From the human T2T-CHM13v2.0 reference genome, Homo sapiens, in NCBI RefSeq assembly GCF_009914755.1, contig NC_060939.1: 64,000 nucleotides of DNA; one strand, written 5' to 3'. The notes under the pieces were generated by a model. It was given only the letters and a program-made list of their open reading frames with translations. It made no database searches and was not told the DNA's origin. This document shows, in pieces, positions 47,443 to 64,000 of the stretch (its first letter is position 1; each line of letters starts with the position of its first letter). The translations under genes and the position numbers were made by a program.

Positions 47443-47954
47443 GGCCGGGCACGCTAGCTCACGCCTGTCACTCCGGCACTTTGGGAGGCCGAGGCGGGTG
47501 GATCGCTTGGGGCCGGGAGTTCGAGACCAGGCTGGCCGACGTGGCGAAACCCCGTCTCTCTGAAAAATAGAACGATTAGCCGGGCCTGGTGGCGTGGGCT
47601 TGGAATCACGACCGCTCGGGAGACTGGGGCGGGCGACTTGTTCCAACCGGGGAGGCCGAGGTTGCGATGAGCTGAGATCGTGCCGTGGCGATGCGGCCTG
47701 GATGACGGAGCGAGACCCCGTCTCGAGAGAATCATGATGTTATTATAAGATGAGTTGTGCGCGGTGATGGCCGCCTGTAGTCGCGGCTACTCGGGAGGCT
47801 GAGACGAGGAGAAGATCACTTGAGGCCCCACAGGTCGAGGCTTCGGTCGGCCGTGACCCACTGTATCCTGGGCAGTCACCGGTCAAGGAGATATGCCCCT
47901 TCCCCGTTTGCTTTTCTTTTCTTCCCTTCTCTTTTCTTCTTTTTGCTTCTCTTT

Positions 47955-47986
<32 letters not shown>

Positions 47987-48770
47987 TTTCTTTTTCTCTC
48001 TTCCCCTCTTTCTTTCCTGCCTTCCTGCCTTTCTTCTTTTCTTCTTTCCTCCCTTCCTCCCTTCCTTCTTTCCTCCCGCCTCAGCCTCCCAAAGTGCTGG
48101 GATGACTGGCGGGAGGCACCATGCCTGCTTGGCCCAAAGAGACCCTCTTGGAAAGTGAGACGCAGAGAGCGCCTTCCAGTGATCTCATTGACTGATTTAG
48201 AGACGGCATCTCGCTCCGTCACCCCGGCAGTGGTGCCGTCGTAACTCACTCCCTGCAGCGTGGACGCTCCTGGACTCGAGCGATCCTTCCACCTCAGCCT
48301 CCAGAGTACAGAGCCTGGGACCGCGGGCACGCGCCACTGTGCCCACACCGTTTTTAATTGTTTTTTTTTCCCCCGAGACAGAGTTTCACTCTCGTGGCCT
48401 AGACTGCAGTGCGGTGGCGCGATCTTGGCTCACCGCAACCTCTGCCTCCCGGTTTCAAGCGATTCTCCTGCATCGGCCTCCTGAGTAGCCGGGATTGCGG
48501 GCATGCGCTGCCACGTCTGGCTGATTTCGTATTTTTAGTGGAGACGGGGCTTCTCCATGTCGATCGGGCTGGTTTCGAACTCCCGACCTCAGGTGATCCG
48601 CCCTCCCCGGCCTCCGGAAGTGCTGGGATGACAGGCGTGAGCCACCGCGCCCGGCCTTCATTTTTAAATGTTTTCCCACAGACGGGGTCTCATCATTTCT
48701 TTGCAACCCTCCTGCCCGGCGTCTCAAAGTGCTGGCGTGACGGGCGTGAGCCACTGCGCCTGGACTCCGG
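47443..48770. mobile_element. Cluster of CpG-rich IGS Alus (47443-47725 +; 48360-48657 -; several fragments)
   Basis: Recognisable Alu arms with many substitutions. Confidence 0.85.
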
Positions 48771-48804
48771 GGAATGACTCACGACCACCATCGCTCTACT
48801 GATC

Positions 48805-48863
<59 letters not shown>

Positions 48864-49334
48864 GATGAATTATCTTATGATTTATTTGTGTACTTATTTT
48901 CAGACGGAGTCTCGCTCTGGGCGGGGCGAGGCGAGGCGAGGCACAGCGCATCGCTTTGGAAGCCGCGGCAACGCCTTTCAAAGCCCCATTCGTATGCACA
49001 GAGCCTTATTCCCTTCCTGGAGTTGGAGCTGATGCCTTCCGTAGCCTTGGGCTTCTCTCCATTCGGAAGCTTTGACAGGCGCAACCCCACCCAGAGGCTG
49101 GCTGCGGCTGAGGATTAGGGGGTGTGTTGGGGCTGAAAACTGGGTCCCCTATTTTTGATACCTCAGCCGACACATCCCCCGACCGCCATCGCTTGCTCGC
49201 CCTCTGAGATCCCCCGCCTCCACCGCCTTGCAGGCTCACCTCTTACTTTCATTTCTTCCTTTCTTGCGTTTGAGGAGGGGGTGCGGGAATGAGGGTGTGT
49301 GTGGGGAGGGGGTGCGGGGTGGGGACGGAGGGGA

Positions 49335-57336
<8,002 letters not shown>

Positions 57337-57339
57337 TGT

Positions 57340-57550
57340 GAAGGCCGGACGCAACACGGCGAAACCCCGTCTCTACTAAAAATACAAAGCTGAGTCGGGA
57401 GCGGTGGGGCAGGCCCCTGTAATGCCAGCTCCTCGGGAGGCTGAGGCGGGAGAATCGCTTGAACCAGGGAAGCGGAGGCTGCAGGGAGCCGAGATCGCGC
57501 CACTGCACTACGGCCCAGGCTGTAGAGTGAGTGAGACTCGGTCTCTAAAT
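57340..57550 (+). mobile_element. Partial Alu
   Basis: gaaaccccgtctctactaaaaatac...gagactcggtctc. Confidence 0.85.
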
Positions 57551-58739
57551 AAATACGGAAATTAATTAATTCATTAATTCTTTTCCCTGCTGACGGACAT
57601 TTGCAGGCAGGCATCGGTTGTCTTCGGGCATCACCTAGCGGCCACTGTTATTGAAAGTCGACGTGACACGGAGGGAGGTCTCGCCGACTTCACCGAGCCT
57701 GGGGCAACGGGTTTCTCTCTCTCCCTTCTGGAGGCCCCTCCCTCTCTCCCTCGTTGCCTAGGGAACCTCGCCTAGGGAACCTCCGCCCTGGCGGGGGCCC
57801 TATTGTTCTTTGATCGGCGCTTTACTTTTCTTTGTGTTTTGGCGCCTAGACTCTTCTACTTGGGCTTTGGGAAGGGTCAGTTTAATTTTCAAGTTGCCCC
57901 CCGGCTCCCCCCACTACCCACGTCCCTTCACCTTAATTTAGTGAGTCGGTTAGGTGGGTTTCCCCCAAACCGCCCCCCCCCCCCCGCCTCCCAACACCCT
58001 GCTTGGAAACCTTCCAGAGCCACCCCGGTGTGCCTCCGTCTTCTCTCCCCTTCCCCCACCCCTTGCCGGCGATCTCATTCTTGCCAGGCTGACATTTGCA
58101 TCGGTGGGCGTCAGGCCTCACTCGGGGGCCACCGTTTTTGAAGATGGGGGCGGCACGGTCCCACTTCCCCGGAGGCAGCTTGGGCCGATGGCATAGCCCC
58201 TTGACCCGCGTGGGCAAGCGGGCGGGTCTGCAGTTGTGAGGCTTTTCCCCCCGCTGCTTCCCGCCTCAGGCCTCCCTCCCTAGGAAAGCTTCACCCTGGC
58301 TGGGTCTCGGTCACCTTTTATCACGATGTTTTAGTTTCTCCGCCCTCCGGCCAGCAGAGTTTCACAATGCGAAGGGCGCCACGGCTCTAGTCTGGGCCTT
58401 CTCAGTACTTGCCCAAAATAGAAACGCTTTCTGAAAACTAATAACTTTGCTCACTTAAGATTTCCAGGGACGGCGCCTTGGCCCGTGTTTGTTGGCTTGT
58501 TTTGTTTCGTTCTGTTTTGTTTTGTTCGTGTTTTTCCTTTCTCGTATGTCTTTCTTTTCAGGTGAAGTAGAAATCCCCAGTTTTCAGGAAGACGTCTATT
58601 TTCCCCAAGACACGTTAGCTGCCGTTTTTTCCTGTTGTGAACTAGCGCTTTTGTGACTCTCTCAACGTGCAGTGAGAGCCGGTTGATGTTTACTATCCTT
58701 CATCATGACATCTTATTTTCTAGAAATCCGTAGGCGAAT

Positions 58740-58826
58740 GCTGCTGCTGCTCTTGTTGCTGTTGTTGTTGTTGTTGTTGTCGTCGTTGCTGTTGTCGTTG
58801 TCGTTGTTGTTGTCGTTGTCGTTGTT
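58740..58826. repeat. (GCT)(GTT)(GTC) trinucleotide repeat
   Basis: Direct. Confidence 0.9.
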
Positions 58827-58909
58827 TTCAAAGTATACCCCGGCCACCGTTTATGGGATCAAAAGCATTATAAAATATGTGTGATTATTTCTTGAGCACG
58901 CCCTTCCTC

Positions 58910-59499
58910 CCCCTCTCTCTGTCTCTCTGTCTGTCTCTGTCTCTCTCTTTCTCTGTCTGTCTTCTCTCTCTCTCTCTCTCTGTGTCTCTCTCTCTCTGCC
59001 TGTCTGTTTCTCTCTCTCTGCCTCTCTCTCTCTCTCTCTCTCTGCCTGTCTCTCTCACTGTGTCTGTCTTCTGTCTTACTCCCTTTCTCTGTCTGTCTGT
59101 CGGTCTCTCTCTCTCTCTCTCCCTGTCTGTATGTTTCTCTCTGTCTCTGTCTCTCTCTCTCTTTCTGTTTCTCTCTCTCCGTCTCTGTCTTTCTCTGACT
59201 GTCTCTCTCTTTCCTTCTCTCTGTCTCTCTCTGCCTGTCTCTCTCACTCTGTCTTCTGTCTTACTCTCTCTCTCTGCCTGCCTGTCTCTCTCACTCTCTC
59301 TCTCTGTGTGTCTCTCTCTCTCTTTCTGTTTCTCTCTGTCTCTCTGTCCGTCTCTGTCTTTCTCTGTCTGTCTCTTTGTCTGTCTGTCTTTGTCTTTCCT
59401 TCTCTCTGTCTCTGTCTCTCTCACTGTGTCTGTCTTCTGTCTTAGTCTCTCTCTCTCTCTCTCCCTGTCTGTCTGTCTCTCTCTCTCTCTCCCCCTGTC

Positions 59500-59544
<45 letters not shown>

Positions 59545-59817
59545 TTGTCTTTCTTTCTGTCTCTGTCTCTCTCTCTCTCTCTGTGTGTCTGTCTTCTGTC
59601 TTACTGTCTTTCTCTGCCTGTCTGTCTGTCTGTCTCTCTCTGTCTGTCTCTCTCTCTCTCTCCCCCCTGTCGGCTGTTTCTCTGTCTCTGTCTGTGTCTC
59701 TCTTTCTGTCTGTTTCTCTCTGTCTGTCTTTCTCTCTCTGTCTCTTTCTCTCTGTCTCTCTGTCTGTCTCTGTCTCTCTCTCTGTCTCTCTCTCTCTGTG
59801 GGGGGGTGTGTGTGTGT

Positions 59818-59854
<37 letters not shown>

Positions 59855-60105
59855 TGCCTTCTGTCTTACTCTCTTTCTCTGCCTGTCTGTCTGCCTGTCT
59901 GTTTGTCTCTCTCTCTCTGCCTGTCTCTCTCCCTTCCTGTCTGTTTCTCTCTCTTTCTGTTTCTCTCTGTCTCTGTCCATCTCTGTCTTTCTCCGTCTGT
60001 CTCTTTATCTGTCTCTCTCCGTCTGTCTCTTTATCTGTCTCTCTCTCTCTTTCTGTCTTTCTCTCTCTGTGTATCGTTGTCTCTCTCTGTCTGTCTCTGT
60101 CTCTG

Positions 60106-60138
<33 letters not shown>

Positions 60139-60170
60139 GTCTGTCTGTCCGTCTGTCTGTCTCGGTCTCT
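58910..60170 (+). repeat. Third CT-rich block. The CT blocks are the kind of template known for pyrimidine-rich IGS lncRNAs (PNCTR, stress-induced rIGS RNAs).
   Basis: (CT)/(CTGT) low complexity with internal (GT)n at about 59807-59852; lncRNA boundaries cannot be read from the sequence. Confidence 0.85.
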
Positions 60171-61481
60171 GGCTCTCGCTATCTCCCGCCCTCTCTTTTT
60201 TTGCAAAAGAAGCTCAAGTACATCTAATCTAATCCCTTACCAAGGCCTGAATTCTTCACTTCTGACATCCCAGATTTGATCTCCCTACAGAATGCTGTAC
60301 AGAACTGGCGAGTTGATTTCTGGACTTGGATACCTCATAGAAACTACATATGAATAAAGATCCAATCCTAAAATCTGGGGTGGCTTCTCCCTCGACTGTC
60401 TCGAAAAATCGTACCTCTGTTCCCCTAGGATGCCGGAAGAGTTTTCTCAATGTGCATCTGCCCGTGTCCTAAGTGATCTGTGACCGAGCCCTGTCCGTCC
60501 TGTCTCAAATATGTACGTGCAAACACTTCTCTCCATTTCCACAACTACCCACGGCCCCTTGTGGAACCACTGGCTCTTTGAAAAAAATCCCAGAAGTGGT
60601 TTTGGCTTTTTGGCTAGGAGGCCTAAGCCTGCTGAGAACTTTCCTGCCCAGGATCCTGTGTGACCAAAAGTGCCTCTGCTGGGAGCTGGGATCCTCGGGA
60701 CCATGCTTGCTAGCGCTGGATGAGTCTCTGGAAGGACGCACGGGACTCCGCAAAGCTGACCTGTCCCACCGAGGTCAAATGGATACCTCTGCATTGGCCC
60801 GAGGCCTCCGAAGTACATCACCGTCACCAACCGTCACCGTCAGCATCCTTGTGAGCCTGCCCAAGGCCCCGCCTCCGGGGAGACTCTTGGGAGCCCGGCC
60901 TTCGTCGGCTAAAGTCCAAAGGGATGGTGACTTCCACCCACAAGGTCCCCACTGAACGGCGAAGATGTGGAGCGTAGGTCAGAGAGGGGACCAGGAGGGG
61001 AGACGTCCCGACAGGCGACGAGTTCCCAAGGCTCTGGCCACCCCACCCACGCCCCACGCCCCACGTCCCGGGCACCCGCGGGACACCGCCGCTTTATCCC
61101 CTCCTCTGTCCACAGCCGGCCCCACCCCACCACGCAACCCACGCACACACGCTGGAGGTTCCAAAACCACACGGTGTGACTAGAGCCTGACGGAGCGAGA
61201 GCCCATTTCACGAGGTGGGAGGGGTGGGGGTGGGGTGGGTTGGGGGTTGTGGGGTCTGTGGCGAGCCCGATTCTCCCTCTTGGGTGGCTACAGGCTAGAA
61301 ATGAATATCGCTTCTTGGGCGGAGGGGCTTCCTTAGGCCATCACCGCTTGCGGGACTACCTCTCAAACCCTCCCTTGAGGCCACAAAATAGATTCCACCC
61401 CACCCATCGACGTTTCCCCCGGGTGCTGGATGTATCCTGTCAAGAGACCTGAGCCTGACACCGTCGAATTAAACACCTTGA

Positions 61482-61715
<234 letters not shown>

Positions 61716-61757
61716 TAGATTCGAGCCACACCTCATTCCGTGCCACAGAGAGACTTC

Positions 61758-64000
61758 TTTTTTTTTTTTTTTTTAAGCGCAACGCAACATGTCTGCCTTA
61801 TTTGAGTGGCTTCCTATATCATTATAATTGTGTTATAGATGAAGAAACGGTATTAAACACTGTGCTAATGATAGTGAAAGTGAAGACAAAAGAAAGGCTA
61901 TCTATTTTGTGGTTAGAATAAAGTTGCTCAGTATTTAGAGCTACCTAAATACGTCAGCATTTACACTCTTCCTAGTAAAAGCTGGCCAATCTGAATAATC
62001 CTCCTTTAAACAAACACAATTTTTGATAGGGTTAAGATTTTTTTAAGAATGCGACTCCTGCAAAATAGCTGAACAGACGATACACATTTAAAAAAATAAC
62101 AACACAAGGATCAACCAGACTTGGGAAAAAATCGAAAACCACACAAGTCTTATGAAGAACTGAGTTCTTAAAATAGGACGGAGAACGTAGCTATCGGAAG
62201 AGAAGGCAGTATTGGCAAGTTGATTGTTACGTTGGTCAGCAGTAGCTGGCACTATCTTTTTGGCCATCTTTCGGGCAATGTAACTACTACAGCAAAATGA
62301 GATATGATCCATGAAACAACATATTCGCAAATCAAAAAGTGTTTCAGTAATATAATGCTTCAGATTTAGAAGCAAATCAAATGATAGAACTCCACTGCTG
62401 TAATAAGTCACCCCAAAGATCACCGTATCTGACAAAATAACTACCACAGGGTTATGACTTCAGAATCATACTTTCTCTTGATATTTACTTATGTATGTAT
62501 TTATTTTTTTTAATTTATTTCTCTTGAGACGGCGTCTCGCTCTGTCGCCCAGGCTGGAGTGCGATGGTGTGATCTCGGCTCACTGCAACCGCCACCTCCC
62601 TGGGTTCAAGCGATTCTCCTGCCTCAGCCTCCCGAGTAGCTGGGACTACAGGTGCCCGCCACCACGCCCAGCTAATCTTTATACTTTTAATAGAGACGGG
62701 GTTTCACCGTGTCGGCCCGGATGGTCTCGATCTCTTGACCTCGTGACCCGCCCGCCTCGGCCTCCCAAAGTGCTGGGATGACAGGCGTGAGCCACTGAGC
62801 CCGGCCTTCTCTTGACGTTTAAACTATGAAGTCAGTCCAGAGAAACGCAATAAATGTCAACGGTGAGGATGGTGTTGAGGCAGAAGTAGGACCACACTTT
62901 TTCCTATCTTATTCAGTTGATAACAATATGACCTAGGTAGTAATTTCCTATGTGCCTACTTATACACGAGTACAAAAGAGTAAAACAGAGAGACTGCTAA
63001 ATTAAAGGGTACGTGAAGTTCTTCATAGTAACTCCGTAAACTGGAACACTGTCAAAAAGCAGCAGCTAGTGAATTGTTTCCATGTATTTTTCTATGATCC
63101 AATAAGTGAACTATGCTATTCCTTTCCAGTCTCCCAAGCACTTCTTGTCCCCATCACCACTTCGGTGCTCGAAGAAAAAGTAACAAATCAAGGAACACAA
63201 CTAAAGAAACACACACACAAACCAAAGACAACTACAGCGTCTGCAAAAGTTTGCTAGAAGACTGAAACTGTTGAGTATAAGGATCTGGTATTCTACGATG
63301 ATCATGAGTTCACTTCAGAGTTTGTTCAAGACATACGTTTCGTAAGGAAACATCTTAGTTAGAAGTTATTCAGCAGTAGGTACCATCCCTAAGTATTTTT
63401 CACCAAATTCGTGACAATAAAGAGCTATCTAACCAGAAAAATTAGCGAGTACCGGCACCATCCATAGGGCTTTGTCTTTACGCTTCATTAGCACTTACCA
63501 TGCCTTACAATGTCTAGGATTGACCCTGATAGCATTTCGAAAACAAGCTAATGCTTTGTCCAGTTCTTCAGTGAAGACAAGCTCACGCCCTAATGCGCTA
63601 TAGGCATAAGCATCATTTGGATCCACTTCGAGAGTTCTCTGGAAGAATTGAATCGCAATATCGTGTTCCCGTTGCAGACCGAAACAGTTCCCTGCAGCAC
63701 ACCAGGCCTCTGGCTGGCGAATTTTTATCCATGTCTGTGAAGTCTTTGGACAGAACTGAAAGAGCAACCTCTTTCGGAGGATGCCAAAGTGTTGTAGAGT
63801 AGATCTCCATGCCTTCGACTCTGTAATTCTCAATCCTCCTAACCTCTGAGAATTGTCTTTCAGCTTGCGTGGACTCTGAAAGTTTACAATAGGCCCTTCC
63901 GATTTGGCACAGTACCCAACCGGTATTGCAGTGGTGAGAAGCTAGATGGCTCAAGATGCTGATAGCTTCTTTGCCGTGGTAAGAACACAAAGCTAAATAA
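61758..64000 (-). pseudogene. CDC27P: CDC27 retro-pseudogene of the rDNA IGS (continues beyond the window)
   Basis: Minus-strand ORFs give NTGWVLCQIGRAY..EVRRIENYRVEGMEIYSTTLWH and AWCAAGNCF.LQREHDIAI..EELDKALACFRNAIRVNPRH (APC3/CDC27 TPRs). A 4-bp duplication frameshift (tggc x2) lies at 63711-63718. The 3' extent to the poly(A) at 61758-61774 is inferred. Confidence 0.93.
62488..62806 (-). mobile_element. Alu (AluSc/Y-like) within the CDC27P 3' region
   Basis: 15-bp TSD ttctcttga(ta/cg)ttta at 62473-62487 and 62807-62821. Confidence 0.9.

Noticed and set aside
62088-62447. 119-aa minus-strand ORF downstream of the CDC27 homology
   Set aside because: No resemblance to the CDC27 C-terminus; most likely a chance ORF in intron-derived sequence.
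63495-63990. Functional CDC27 coding sequence
   Set aside because: 4-bp frameshift at 63711-63718, many substitutions and a premature stop.

Overview
Human acrocentric short-arm sequence spanning the telomere-side edge of a nucleolar organiser. About 1-26,440 is the proximal end of the distal junction (DJ): nested L1s, Alus, a MER4A-type LTR and, from about 17.7 kb, a scrambled, CpG-decayed fossil of rDNA. The fossil has an Alu-interrupted, internally deleted 28S pseudogene, a dead 3'ETS/Sal-box terminator and shuffled IGS fragments. Canonical rDNA starts abruptly at about 26,444, roughly 3.7 kb upstream of the Pol I start site (30,166). One complete 47S unit follows on the + strand (18S 33,821-35,689; 5.8S 36,764-36,920; 28S 38,089-43,166). 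After it come the Sal-box terminators and about 20 kb of IGS with two long-repeat copies, three CT-rich blocks and the start of the CDC27 pseudogene (- strand). No intact protein-coding gene is present; the long ORFs are GC-rich or microsatellite artefacts or decayed L1. The locus is well known, and I found no convincing wholly new system. The most interesting signals are: (i) the CDC27 retrocopy appears to derive from an intronically polyadenylated, truncated transcript; (ii) the fossil rDNA mosaic and the junction point; (iii) a recurrent TTA>TGA change in many independent IGS Alus; (iv) a cryptic higher-order repeat in the CT blocks. All assignments were made by eye from remembered reference sequences; repeat boundaries are approximate.
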